From: the human T2T-CHM13v2.0 reference genome, Homo sapiens
DNA: 64,000 bases
Assembly (NCBI RefSeq): GCF_009914755.1
Contig: NC_060925.1
Strand: one strand, 5' to 3'
This document shows, piece by piece, positions 1-13,439 of the stretch. The stretch's first letter is position 1. Every line of letters begins with the position of its first letter. The notes beneath the pieces are model-generated. The model was not told where the DNA came from, made no database searches, and saw only the letters and a program-made list of their open reading frames with translations. The translations under genes and the position numbers were made by a program.

Positions 1-250
1 TTGGGCCCAGGAGTTCAAGACTAGCCTGGGCAACATTACAAGACCCTGCCTCTACAAAAAAAAATTTCTTTAATTAGCTTGGTGTCAGGGTGTGTGCCTG
101 TGGTCCCCCCTCATCTACTCGAGAGGCTGAGGTGGGAGGAACGCTTGAGCCCAGGAGGTAAACACTGCAGTGAGAAGTGTTTGCACCACTACACTCCAGC
201 CTGGACAACAGAGCAAGACCCTGTGTCTCAAAAAACAAAATAAAAACAAA
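1..250 (+). mobile_element. Alu (AluJ-like), cut by the window start
   Basis: cccaggagttcaagactagcctgggcaac...cactccagcctgg...gaccctgtgtctc followed by an A-rich tail. Confidence 0.9.
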
Positions 251-2898
251 ATGAGGCTACCCTAAAATAGCTGCATAAACAAAGCCATGTCAAATGATGA
301 TATTCCCCCATCAGTGTCCCCTGGACTGCTGGCTTCTGGGAGAAGGCATCCTCTGGTGGCCAACTAGCACCCATCAAGCTGGTCATGAGCACAGCCTCCA
401 GCTTTACGCCAGTCACTCCAAGGCCTGAGCATGCTGGCCCTGGCTTCTGGGTACCCTTCCAGCTCAGAGGATGACAGTGTGGAGCTAAACAGGGGTTTAG
501 CCATAGGGAGGGCTTTGGGAAATCAGAGGCACTAGATTCTCTATATGAGGCTTTAAAATAGTAGAATGATGAATGAAATCCTGAAAATCAATCGGGGACC
601 TCCAAGAGAGATAAGTACTTGATCCACTGCAGGGCCTCCTACTCTAGCACTCTAAAAACCTTGTCCATCACTGGCCAGGCCGGATTTGGTCCAGCAATTC
701 CTCCTCAGGTTGTCAAAGGCCTGGTTTTCTGGAGATGCTCACAGGTGCCCCTCAGCTGGCTGTTGAAGGCTATCTGTAAGCTCCACCAGAATGAGGACTT
801 TGTATTGCCTGTTTCGTTTACCACAGTGCATTTAAGTAGGTAGGTCTCCATAAATATTTTTGTTGAAAAGGATGAGTAAAAGTGCCTGACCCAGGAATGT
901 GAGATGTACCCATTCAAATCAACTATGATCTATACATCCAGGAGGCCATGCAGTAAGCTGAGAATCAGGTAGAGAAGATGGGCAGGCTTCTTTAGTCCAA
1001 ATGATATCTCTTGCTCTGTCTCCTACCGGCCAAGGCATATCTAAAGGCCATATTCGACTTCTTGCATACAAATAAGATGGAGGTTCCTACAGAGATCTGA
1101 TTTCCTAAAGCCCCATGCCTGCTAGCATTGATGTGGAAAGACACACACAGACTTGGGGCAGGACGACAGCTGCACAGTGGAGCTCATAACGGGGACAGGG
1201 GAGGAACAAGCAGCTTCTCAATTCTCTTGTCTGAAAGTGGCTGTGGACTATATCTAGCACTCTTGCTACAGGGAGAGTTACCAGAATAAAGTTCAGCAGC
1301 AGGTTCTGGCAATGCTGTCCAGAGTGAAACAGAAGATGGGGTCCTCTGAAAGATGGTTGAGTAGTGGCCTCTACTAGCCAGGAGTGAAACACTATAGAGA
1401 TGTATGGCCAGGAGGTGACGGAAAGCACGGGCTTTATGCATGTTCTGCCATGTGCAGCAGCATGTTGGAAGCAATGAATGGGTCACCTCCCCTTCCCAGT
1501 AGGGGCTACACATACATCAGCAGCACCCAATCATTTTGTTTCATCCTTAAGACAGATGGGAAATAGGCAAGCTGGATGAAGGCATGGTATGTGAAGCTGC
1601 CAGATCACCTAAGCCTGTCTGCTGTCATCCAAAGCTCTGTCAGAATGTGCAACACTTGTTCAAATGCCTGAGGTGACAGCAATGGTCAGAAGAGCTGCTA
1701 CATTCAGGAGAAGGAGTAGGCCCAAGGCACCCTGCCTCCTCTTTTTCAGAGGTGTTGAAGGGCCAGAGCTTATGCCAGTTCCATGCACAGAGTGTCCTAG
1801 ATTTTTCTTCCAGAAGTAAGAATACAAGGCTGGGTCATTCTCACACAACCAGTAGGTTCAGGGCTGGAACCACTCCACAAAGCTGGGCAATGAAGGTCTT
1901 TACCCAAACGTACAGGTGGCATCTCAAGCAAGGTGATTAGGGCTAAAGGAAGTCAAGGTACTTTAGAGGAGTAGATGGCTGAAGCAGAGATGTTCTCATT
2001 TCTCTTGTTCCAAGAAAAGAAGAGCCAGAGAAATCGGTCATAATGTTCTCCATTACCTCCTACCTAAACCCTCATATTAGCCCTGGATTATCCATAAAAG
2101 TAAAACATAAGTAATGAGGCCTAAGCGCAAGTCAGTGGTGTAATAAATATCTACTAGTCATTGTCATATCTTCTTTCCTTCTTCTTCATCTTCCCTCTTT
2201 CTCTATTTTCCCCTCTTTCACCTCCTTTTTCATTGGATTTTATGTCTAGATTCTGCATTAAGAAAGTCTTTCAGAATTAAATTAAAAGGCTTATATTTAA
2301 AAGTTTTTAAAAATGCTTGGGTCTTGACGGACCCTTCGCCCATCACTGTGCAGGTGATCACGGCCCCAGTGTCCCAGTAAGAAATAAACCTTACAAAATG
2401 GACAGCAAACAGAAAGAGGCCCTGATTAGGCATGCCAGATAATTCAGTATTTCACACATACGAACACACGCACATACAGAGCTCAGAGTCTTGTATCGAG
2501 GGTCTTCCACTAAAGATACTTTAATTGAAAACTACAGCATGGAAAACATGATTAAGTGGCTACAAGATTACTGTTCACTTTAATAAGCAGAGAAGAAAAC
2601 ATTTATTCATTTATCAGGTGAAATAATTCTCTAAATCTCATCAGAGACAATAAATGGCAAACAACATACGTGGAAAGAATGTTGGATGAAGTTCAGATAG
2701 CTATTTCTTCTTCTGGGGTGAGAACTGGCTCTGAGTTGTTCTCTAGGTCCTACTCCATGAGCATGGTTTAGGAAAAGTTCTAAACTAGATACAACAGCCA
2801 AGGACCCAGCCTGCCCTCTAGGAATGAGCTTCGTTGTCAGAGACAATGACACAAGCGTCCTCAGAGAGCAAGCTAACAACATCTGAGCAACAAGGAGA

Positions 2899-3085
2899 GA
2901 TGCGGGATTGGGAGAGGCAGACCCAAAGCAAGCGCTGGGTATGTGACGGCATCGAACGCGCGCTCAGGTCCTCCCACTGTAATACGCACCTGGGATGCGG
3001 GGTCAGGAAGGCAGGCCCAAAGCAAGCGCTGGGCGCGTGGCTGCACCAAACGTGCGCTCAGGTCTTCCCACGATAACATGTACCC
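2899..3085. repeat. Diverged tandem duplication, 2 x ~95 bp, CpG-rich
   Basis: gatgcggg...cccaaagcaagcgctggg...gcgctcaggtc.tcccac starts at both 2899 and 2994. Confidence 0.85.
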
Positions 3086-3849
3086 GGCAAGCTCTGCAGA
3101 CTCCTGTACCAGAATGTCACACTGACAAAAACCCATGAAAGAACAACTGGAGTTCTTCAGAAAAGCCTGCTTGAAAACAGTAGAAGGTACTGTTATGAGG
3201 AAATCTCATAGTTTATCAACCTATCTTCCAAAGCTTCTCAAAAAAAGGAGAAAAAAAAATCCCCCGCAAAATTAAAAACGAATGGGGCTGCTATGTAATT
3301 AACTGACAATCTCTCAGTTACAAACCCCTGATTTGTAACCATGGCAGGTACACAAACTACCAGCTGCATTATACTTCCACTCTCTCCACCTGCCTCCATT
3401 TTTTCTGACAACAAAGCACAGAAAACTATCTGAGCTGAAATCTCACTCTTATCAGCTTTCTTCTCCTTGATGGAGATTTCATAGCCCACCTCCCTTGCCT
3501 CTTTCTCTGATCACAACTTAAGTCTCTTCATCATTCTTGTTCTTCTGCCTTTTTCCCAGGTACGTCACAAAAGTGTCATTCCCACCAGCACAAAAATACT
3601 ATTTATGGACAACAAAATTAATATCAACAAATCTTACCCTATAATGTGGGCTTTGACGAAAGAAGAGATGAAGGCCCTAATACGTTTTGAAATGGCTTTA
3701 GATCAGAAACAACGGAAGTCAACGTCATCTCTTCTCATATTTTCTTGAGGAAAGAGTGACATTTTAGTGTGTGTGGTGGGGGAGGTACAATTTGGAAATG
3801 GTTATCCAAATTTAAAATAAATATAACTTTCACTTTAAGAGCAGGGGGA

Positions 3850-4100
3850 CCTAACTTTTGATGTACCAAGTTACCACTTAGGAATTTCTCATGTGGATTT
3901 ACCCTATGGATTCAATTAATCATGGCACTGTTTGACACAGTACACATAAATGGAAACGACAGAGATTGATCTAAAAATTATGGTATATCCATGAGATGAA
4001 ATACTATGTATCTGTTAAAAAGAATAAGGTAGCTAATCTGGAGCTAATCTAGACAGATGTCTACACTCTCTTGTAAAGTGAAAAAAGTTACAGAACATGG
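3850..4100 (+). mobile_element. Old L1 (L1ME-like) 3' fragment
   Basis: aaattatggtatatccatgagatgaaatactatgtatctgttaaaaagaataagg...aagtgaaaaaag resembles the L1M 3' region. Confidence 0.55.
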
Positions 4101-7100
4101 GCTAGGGAGTTATCCTTTTCTCTCTCTCTCTCTTTTTCCCGCACACTAAGGAGGACCTTTGGCTTGGCTTCCCTTCCTTTTCTCTAATCCCCACTCCTCC
4201 ATACACCACCTCAGCAGGCATATTTAAAAGACCTATTGGAAATGAGTCTTTCCCCCAGCAAGACAAGCAGGAAAAACGCAGAAGTGCAGGAGAAAGTGGA
4301 AGAGCCCACGTGAACAGTTCTGAAGGGAAGAGAGTTGAGAGTAACTGGGAAAGCAGAATAAAAGGAATGGGGGAAGCAGGGCTTTAAAAAAACATTCTGT
4401 GTATTATGATGGAACCATTGTTCATGTTTTCTGGCGAAGGTTAGGATTACTGTTTACTTTCAATCCTCTGACACCATGCTAAGACGGAGGTCTATCTGGC
4501 TCTGGAATATATTCAGACCGGCCACTCTCACACGGAACATTTCCAGAAGGAAACTTTTAGCCATGTTTATCTTTAAGGAGTGGGACAACAGTTTGAAGAT
4601 GAGGCTGATTTTTACCTTTCTGTCCTCTTAAATTGTCCTTCCCTACAAGCATATGTTAATCTCGCAACAGAAATGAACAGAACAGGCGAACGTCCTGAAA
4701 GTCCTCTTCAAAGCCGGAAACACCCTCTATATCTCCTCATCACTCTCTAGTTCCGAAAGAAAAGTCAAATTTAATTAATATTCGACGCACAAAAATTTTA
4801 AAACAATGTGCTCAATTTTGTATTTTTCTCTCCGTTTTTAGGGGCTGGGGGGGGGAATTTATAGCCCATACAGTGGTGCTATCAAAGGCTGAGTAGACTT
4901 TCATGGGTTAGTCTGGAGACATCACCATAATCTGTAACCATCTTTAATAGGAAAATGCATCCCAAGTTCTGAACTACTAATTGGCGAATTAACATTAGAC
5001 TAAGTTAAACTTTTAAACAAAATTTATGAAGTATTTTAAAATTATCTTCATTCTACTTCCTGTTTACAATGCTAAGGGACAGATGAGTTTGCATATTAGT
5101 CACATATATATGCCGATACTATCAGAAGACATACTATGGGCTAATACTAAACATTATACATTTTGTTGTATGTGATTTCTAACTTGTTTTATGAAACATG
5201 AAGGATGTAATGTTGAGTTGCGTCATAAAAACTGAGTAAAATCTATTGAGTAAAAATAAATGAGAGTAGCAAGAAGGGAGCTGAAGGCCATAATTTGGAT
5301 TAAAATGGAATAGCAGCACTTTCTCCTCTAAGGTCAGCAATTAAAATTTAGCCAAGGTCAGGAGTGACAAAATCATCAAGAAAGACTTGACCTCCATCTA
5401 GTTGTTGCAAACAATATATTAACATTGTAAAACTGTTACAGCAGATGGCAATGCAATCATCCCTTGGTAACTCATGCCTAGCTAACTGTCTGTGTCCTTG
5501 GCTAAAGGTGAGCAAAAGGCCCACCTCCTGCGTCTGCAGGGAGCCGATGCGGGGGGCTGAGAGCACTCAGTGTGAATTCCCTCATGCACATGTGAGAGGT
5601 GAAAACCACTGCCAACTTCTCCATTCCTGCCTTTGTTCCAAAATTGCTAACAGGGTTGCAGGGTACCTGACCTATTTGCATACATTCCTTATTTTTACCT
5701 CTGCCTGAGCTAAAGGGGAAAAAGGCAAAGTATGACAACATCTAACCTGCCCATTTCTCTCAACTTTGTTGGTTCTGGTTTATTTATAGCCTTTTCCTCA
5801 ACTACAGCTTTAAAAGCAAATGATTCGTACCTCACTCATGTGAAGTGGATCAATGCAGATTGGATTTCTTGAAATACCACCAAAAAGCAACTCAACACAC
5901 GCCAGGGAAGAGAAACCAAGGGAGGCTTGGAAATTTGTCACCCAGCATAAGAACACAGCACACACTTAAAGAGATTGTGACCTGCCAAACACCATGTAAA
6001 TATAACCAAACGTTTCCCAAACATAATGGACTGTATTCTGGTGGAGGACTTGGCCTCACTTACAAGAAAGGCCTCTTTGTTTAAAGTCAGTCAAACTGCC
6101 AGCTACTTAAGGTGTAAGTTAGTGCCTCAAAGAGGCCCTGGTAGATGTGGGGAAGAGAAGGTTGCAAAATACGTGCAGAACAGACACCCGTGTAGGTGTG
6201 TGGTCTTCTTTATGGATGTGGTGGACCCATGTAAAGTTTCTGTGCTTAAGAGTGGCCCGAGCAGGGCAGCCTGAGTGTCGAAAGGGAGGATGAGGCAGAA
6301 GAATCAGTGCAGCGCTAGCCAAGAGTGAGGAACCAGCAGCTGCTGTTGGGGGCCTGGAGAAAGAAGGGTATTTTTCAGTCTGGGTCTTTTGGATGGAGTT
6401 TATCCACTCACCCAGAGGCTGTTTGGCTTCCTCAGAGCAAGCCCTGGAGTTCAGAGAGGTAACGCCAACCATCTGACCTGCCTCTTTTTGCAACACTAAG
6501 GCTCAGAGAGGAAGCCTTATCTCTTTGAATGCGATTCGTATTTTCCGAGAACCCACAAGATCGATCACTCTGAGCAGGCATTTCACTGCTCGTGGGAAAG
6601 TCTACAGTCTCAGCCCTCAAGCCAATCCCTTATACGTTTGATTAAAGCTGACTCACAGTCTGGATTCCAAAGCTGTTCACCCACAGGCAGTGGAGGAAAC
6701 CACCTACAGAAGTCCCGAAAACATGCTCAGGGTCAGGCTGGTGGCACTGGCTGGCCAGGGACCTCTGCCATCCGCCTGGCTGGTGGAGCCTCTGCTGTCT
6801 TCGGGGTCCTTGTGGACTGCACCAAGCTCCTGGCTCACGCCTGGCTTCCTGACCAAACGCCTCATTTCTGGTTTACTACCTTTGTCCAAACAAATATCCT
6901 AGACCCTGGACTCACTTCTGTTCTTATGTTGACCCTGGGAACTTCCTCTCCCAGATGTCTCCTGAGAGTCTTCCTCTAGCAGGAACAGGAGGTACCCTGG
7001 ACTCTCACGTTTCCACCTGCTCCTCTTCGCTTACAGCCATTCCCTGCCTGTTGTCCTACGTTGCATAGGTCTGGTCCTGGATTCTCCCTCTGCTTCGCCC

Positions 7101-8069
7101 CTTTGGGCTGACATGGTATTTGCACAGTGTGCAAAGCTGGGAAATTAAAGATCTGCCCAGGTTGGAGCCCCTGTTCTCCAGGGACCTCCTCCCTCTGCCA
7201 TTGCTCCTGGTCACAGGTGCTTTCGAGGTACCTTCCCACCAGCAACCTTGTTCTGTGCTAGAGACTGAGCCATTCCCACCTCAGATTATGGTCCACATGT
7301 CTCCGTGCCCTTCCCCTTGGGCTGCTCTCCGTCTCACCTTCTAGAATTATGTTCTCAGCCGACTGCAAATCAGGGTGCAGCATCCACCAGCGCCTAACTC
7401 TCAGCAGTTCAACACTACCCCCTTCAACGCTTCTCTGAGTTATAAAAACATCTCAGGGCAAAACACCTACTGGTCTCGAGGAGCTGAGATCAGTCAAGAA
7501 GCAATTACCTATAGTTCCTTCACCTGACTCAAGGAGAAGCTGAGGCAGGGCCGTCTCCCTGCTGTCCTCCCTGGCTCACAAGGTGATTATGAAGGCAAAT
7601 GATTCAATTGAAAGCATAAATCCTGAGAGAGATAAAGGACCATTCTTACTGTCAGCCAGACCAAGGGCCCCATATGGCCATCCTCACCTGGACCAGCAGA
7701 GGCTCATGACACAGCCTCTGAAGCTAGGTCTGAGCCTGCGTTCCTCTACAGCTCCCCCACCACCCTGAGCCCGCCTTTGTCACTGCAAGCGCCACATCGT
7801 ATTGTAATCATCTGCTCCAGATAGAGACAGCATCTAATTAGTTTCTGTACACCCACGGTGTCTGACACATGGAAGGAACTTTACAAATGATGAATGAATG
7901 CATAAGTGAATGAACAAGAGGAGTGAATAAAATAAGACTTGGTTTTAAACAATGGTTGAGAAGCAGCTGGAAATGCTCCATGCAAAGTAGTAATCAGAAT
8001 GACTTCACAACATGGATCCTTTGCCCAACGTGAAGACGTCCTAGCCCTTATGTCAGCCCTCTCCCTGGG

Positions 8070-8077
8070 ACTTGCCT
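8070..8077 (-). promoter_or_regulatory. Non-canonical GC 5' splice site (AG|GCAAGT) of the following SMYD3 intron
   Basis: SMYD3 homology ends at TAC AG. The flanking bases match U1 consensus except +2C, which is typical of GC-AG introns. Confidence 0.85.
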
Positions 8078-8250
8078 GTATGGCTCCATGGTCCGAGTAC
8101 CATAGAACAAGGCTTCCTCCAACAGGCCGAGGTTGATGCAGGCATCCATGGCGCAGTCGAGCACCTTCAGCTGGTAGATGTTGATATCGGGAAGCCGTTC
8201 AGAATTGCTGCTTATGATCGCCTGGCACATGGCCAGAACCTGCTCCCACT
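8076..8250 (-). CDS. SMYD3: SMYD3 coding exon (175 nt, probably exon 10), C-terminal TPR-like domain
   Basis: Translates to (K)WEQVLAMCQAIISSNSERLPDINIYQLKVLDCAMDACINLGLLEEALFYGTRTMEPY(R), matching SMYD3 as I recall it. Acceptor is aataaCAG| at 8251-52 and donor is AG|GCAAGT at 8075. Confidence 0.95.
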
Positions 8251-11049
8251 CTGTTATTAACCTTAGTTAAGGATTCATTGTCTTCATCAAGAAAAAAACA
8301 AACAAAATTAGATTCTCTAAAAGGCTAAAGAGCTCCCAAGCACAGGAGTGAGGGAAGCACCCGTTATTTTTCACAGATGAGCTGCCTGAAAACACACTTG
8401 AGAAGCAAAAGCACAGAAGAGGCATCTCAGTGAAGTAAATTCTGTTTACATCAACAAACTATCTCGTAACCAGGCCTGTGCTTTGGAGTTTTAAAACTTC
8501 CAAAGACCTGTTCTTGCTTCATACTCCTAGATGTGTTCTCTTTAAATCTAGTCATAAATAAATGCAGTCCTTTATTAAATTGGACTAAAGATTAAGTTAA
8601 TTCGATTTTAAATTATTTACTCTGTTAGCTTCTGTTTAAAAACTGTTTGAAATTAAAGATGCTTTAGAGAGATTCCTTTTTCAAAAGGAAGAGCTCATGT
8701 TTGCTTCTGTGTTACCTGAGTTTTGGGCATACATGAACCCAAAAACTCACACAACCCACAGGCACACACTAGGTGGAGCAATTTGAAGACATAGATTTCC
8801 ACTGGGTCTCATTTTTTCCGATTATAAAGCAACAGTGACCCCAGCCTGTACTTAACCAAATACATTAAAATATGTTATTTTAAACCCCCAAAATAAGAGA
8901 CAGTATTAGGAACATGGCTTATGCACATCAATTGCTGGCAAGGGAAACGATGCTTTAAAAAGGATGGGGAGAAGACTCAATGTCCACTTCTCAGTAACTG
9001 CCTTTCTGATTAACCATGAGTCAGTAACTTCATCTCATGTAGCCTTGGAGTGACTTCGCTTTTTAAAACTGATATTCCCTGTCTTACAGAGGCAGTCAGA
9101 GGACTGAGGACATGGTTTATGGAGCGTAATTTTAATCCCTCCCCAGTGAATTCTCTGGGAAACACAGCGAAGGCCAGAGTGCAGGACCCTGGGACCTCGC
9201 AGTTTCTTCACTGTGCGGTGTGTTAGGCGAGCTGGAGACCAAGGAGGGTGCAGGACTGGGACTGGTCCTTCTCTCACTCCTGTCTCACCTTCACCCAGTG
9301 GAGCTCCAAATTCATCTGCTTCATATGTTGTCATTCCAGTAGGGTGAAAAGGTTTGAAGATCAGAAATGGCAGCCTAGCCTTTGACTGTAGTAAAGCTAG
9401 ATTCAGATCTAATCTAGTCCTGTCATTTATCAGAGTTGAGGTTCTGAGGAAGTCAAAGTGCTTAATGATAGGCCAGAAATAAAAATGACTCACGTCAACG
9501 TAAGAATGAGTAATATATTGTATGTAAAATGACACAGTTCATGATGTGTCCTCTCATGAGCCAGGGAGAGTTCCAGGTGTCAGAGACACAGTGGGGAACA
9601 TTTCGTGGCATGCACAAAGCACATGCTACACAAGCATTAGTGCCTTCCACCTTCCCTCTGTGACATGACCTCTGAGCCTGACTGGGCTTAAAGAAAGTGG
9701 TTCAGTGGACTGAGTTTGACTGAACTTCCCTTCGTGCCCCCACACCCCTCCCACTCCCACATGACCTGGTCTCTTTACAATCCATGCTCTCTGTGCCATC
9801 CCCTGCCCCCAATTCAAAACCCTCTTCACTGAGGTCCTAACAGAGCACGCCCAGCCCTGAGCAGACAGCTCACTGTTTATGGTCCCCTCTCCCTCTCTGT
9901 CCAGCAAAACCTTCCTCTTCGAATGTCCATACCCTTCTCAGAACACGGCTTTCTGAAACATTAGCAAATACTTCTAATAAACCAATCAAGCCACTCCTGA
10001 GAGTGGAGACAAATACCTTTATGAACTTTCACAGCAAATGTATTTTCTTTCCAGCAAAGGCCTCCCGGAGACACAGTATCTTACTCCAAAAGATGAGTTC
10101 CTTGATGAGAATTTAAAGCACCCCAATGCACAGCTGAGAGCCTGTTCCATCACACCCACTACAATGTTAGGATGAGTCCCGTCTTGGAGGAATTGACCCT
10201 GATCCCAGAAAAGGTTCATTTCCTGAAGAAAAGCGAGTGCATGATTTGCTCTTGCATTCATCTGACATGCATGTTCAAAGTTTGCTGAATGTATCCCCTA
10301 GAGGTTGGGGGAAGCAGTATCTTAGGCAACGCACTGATTTTGTAACAGATTGCTGGGCTAACCTCCGTGGCTTTTCATTCCAGGATTAGATATTTGACGA
10401 ACTGTCAGGAGGAATGACTGTCTCTTACACATTGCTAGACATTTCTGTGGCAAGACTTGTACCTTATTTTAACATTGTGCTGTTTGACCTCCACTATTAT
10501 TTGCCTGTTCATTTATGTATGTTCCCACTTATTCTAAAGAGGTTCGAGGTGACAGGCCTTAGAAGTAGAAGCCAGATGTGATGTTCTGCAGCTACTCATA
10601 GGAATGCATTTATTTTATCCCCCAGCAAGCTGGAAGGGACTACGTGCCAATTTCCCTTCACAATGCTGGCAACTGTCTCTTGCCAAACAAGGCAAAACCT
10701 TTCCTGCAAAACACCCCAGTGAGCAAAAAAATGGAATAATTTTAACTAAGAGGCTTTTCCCCCCAAGCTACTACTGACATGTATTTGCTCAAAGATTTAG
10801 TCCCTGGCATCTGTGTGGTGTTTACTACAATTCACTCTGTTCCAGTACGGAGCTGAGCTCTAGACCTAGCAGGGCTGGAGAGTGCACCCAAAGAGAACAG
10901 ATTCCTAGTGGACAGAACGGATATCTTTTTTTCCTGAATACTTTTAAATGACCATAAGAGGATCAGGGGAAGAGAAAGGGAAGCAAAGTAAATTCACTTG
11001 GGAATTACTCAACTGACTGAGATTCAATGACTGTCAGACCACAGAGCTT

Positions 11050-11500
11050 TTATTCACTTAATCATATTACTCTACTGCTTAAAAAATCATCCCATGGCCT
11101 CCTCTCACCTATAAAGTCTAACCTGTGCATGGCAGTTAAGGCCTTGCCACCTTCGCCTCCTCTCATATTGCACAGCCAGCAGCTTCTCAGTAGCAATGCA
11201 TGTTCTGCGCGTCTGCACAGGTCATTCCTTGTGTTGGATGCCTCTTCTCTTGGTTGGTCTGGTGAACTCCCACTAATCCTCCCAGACGCAGCTCACTGGT
11301 CACCTCCTCTGTGAAATCTTTCAACTTCCCAAAGTTGACTATTGTGTCTTTGATGCCGCCATAAGTCTGTATCTTTACCAAAATATGTATTAATGGACAT
11401 TTTACTACCCCACAATATAGGAGAGTAGTGAGTGCAGGGCTGTGTCTTCTGTCTGAATCATCAGGTGAATGATGACCAGCAAGGTACCCAGCACACAGTC
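11050..11500 (+). mobile_element. L2 3' fragment
   Basis: atcatattactctactgcttaaaa..., tcacctcctctgtgaaatctt and gcagggctgtgtctt...cccagcacac are L2 3'-end-like motifs. Confidence 0.5.
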
Positions 11501-11779
11501 CGTTTTCAGTAAAACCTTGTCCAGTTGAAACTGAACTCTGGCTGGGTTATCCATGGGCCCCAATACCGCTGGCCAGGGACCACACAGAACAGGTCTACTC
11601 CTCTGCACATAAAGGTTCTTTGAGCCCATGAGCAGGGACCTCCTGCTTCCAGAGTTGACTGTTTTCCTAGTATCTTCCATCTCATCATAGACAGCGTTTC
11701 AAATCCCTCCTTAATTTCAGTTCCACCCCTCAAAACTAGTTTGTTTTTCTATATCCTTTTTAATACTTCCCACCACAAA

Positions 11780-12630
11780 CTGAATAGAAAATTCTAGAAA
11801 TAATCAGACTGGTACTATCATCTCTATCATTTTATAATCAATATTAATGCAGCCCAAGATCACAGTAGTAAGATTATACTCTTAAATGTTGTTAAATTTT
11901 GCTATTTACTAAAGCCCTAAATTTTTTTCACATGTTCTTATGCATATTTACATATTTGAACTTTTTGATCCGAATAGAAATTTTATATATGTTCTTGTTA
12001 TATTTCATGTCTTTAAAACTTGGATACCATTTAAACATTTAGAGATCTTTTGAACTCTTTTTTCTTTCGAGATACTGATTCTATCATCCCACCTCTATTA
12101 ATCTCCCCATCTACGTCACTTTGGAGATTTGATAAACCTGTCCTCTGTATCTTCATTCGAGGTATGGAATTATGCATTAAAGAGGCCGAGATGGAAAAAC
12201 AACACTCCAGAATGACACTGAATCATGTAACATCATTTTTTCAGTGTAGCTATTCAGTTAGCTTTGCTAACATCTAATGTAAGTTTCTTGATTACTTTTC
12301 GTCAAATCCCTTTCTGAAGTCTCGATACAAACTTTACCAAAGAAAGCTGTGACTCTGTGGATTCATTCGCTCTTGGAGAAACCAGGCAGCACTGTGATGA
12401 TCACAGCTTTCTTTTCCATTCCTTAGTAACCAATCCTAGATTCTTTACCCAAGACTGCTAATAAACTCAGTGGGCTATTGATTCAAAATTATGTCCTTCA
12501 CCTTTAAAACTGGAAACCTCCCTCTACCTCCTTCTCTGGCTCTTTACAACTCTTTAAATAGCATCGTCAGCAAATTGGAAACCTCATCTGCTATGTTCTT
12601 AGTGCCTGGGATATAAATTTACCCCAGAGC
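11780..12630 (-). mobile_element. Ancient CR1/L3 LINE ORF2 relic
   Basis: Degenerate antisense CR1 RT-region motifs: gtcaaatccctttctgaagtc, ctcttggagaaaccaggc, ttcttagtgcctgggatataaatt. Confidence 0.45.
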
Positions 12631-13351
12631 CTCTGAATGACCTTTTGCAGTCTTTTCATCCACCTTGATCTCTTCCTTCTTGCCTGCTGTTTCCCTTCAT
12701 CACAGCTTTGCTCCAATGAACTCCTCTACCAGGAGCGGCCTCCTTCTCAGCCTTGGCCTATCCAAATCCTGCCCCTGACTCAGGCTATCTTGCACAGTAA
12801 AACATTAGTGGAGCCTTCCCAGATGACCTTCATCCTACGTGGTCTCTCCTTACTCTGAACTTTGGTCCACCTGTGGTCATTACTATTCATGCTGAGAAAA
12901 TGTGTCGTGCAGCAATCCCCACTGCCATTGTAGTCATGGCTGGTTTAATATGAAGCTTCTGGGTCTGACGGTCAATGGCACTGAATGATAAGGATTCTAA
13001 GCTACTCTTTCCTAGAGATGTTAGTGGTTATGGGAGAAGAAAATTGAGGAATTTGTTACCTTTTACATATAAAGAGACTAATTCTTACTTTCCTACTACT
13101 GCTAGGCCATGAGTGTTGATTATTACCTAACAGTAGTGAGTTATTATTCACGCTGATTTTGCCACGAACTTCCTTGTCATTACTCAAACTGCTGGCCGGG
13201 GTCGGAGGTGCGGCCTGTGACCATGGAACAGAATGAAAACCACTGGCTCATGGAGAGGTCAAACCCCGCCTCTGGCCTCTTTACCACAGGGCTTCAAGAA
13301 AACAAGGAAACAATCCCAACAGTCCACCTCAATCCACAGGCGAAAGGATAC

Positions 13352-13439
13352 TCCAGTGTGCCTTCAGTTCTTCAATTTTTTTCAGGGATTCTTGAACTTC
13401 CTTCCATACTTGCTCATCACCAGTTAGCATATCAGCATC
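13352..13439 (-). CDS. SMYD3: SMYD3 coding exon (88 nt, probably exon 9), SET and MYND domain lysine methyltransferase
   Basis: Translates to DADMLTGDEQVWKEVQESLKKIEELKAHW plus 1 nt, which I recognise as SMYD3. Acceptor is ...tcttccttttctggcctgagCAG| at 13440-41 and donor is |GTATCCTTT at 13351. The phase-1 end joins the next exon to give A|AG (Lys). Confidence 0.95.

Larger units (their letters stand above)
8251..13351 (-). other. SMYD3: U12-type (minor spliceosome) GT-AG intron of SMYD3, 5101 nt
   Basis: The 5' splice site GTATCCTTT (13351-13343) matches the U12 consensus. The branch site TCCTTAAC is at 8273-8266 (-23..-16), and there is no polypyrimidine tract before the AG. Confidence 0.92.

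Noticed and set aside
346-362. CTCF-like GGCCACCAGAGGATGC on the minus strand
   Set aside because: It mismatches the critical GGCGC part of the core and is too weak to call.
9035-9535. 166-aa minus-strand ORF inside the U12 intron
   Set aside because: It has a non-ATG start, no recognisable homology and no convincing splice signals, and its length is compatible with chance.
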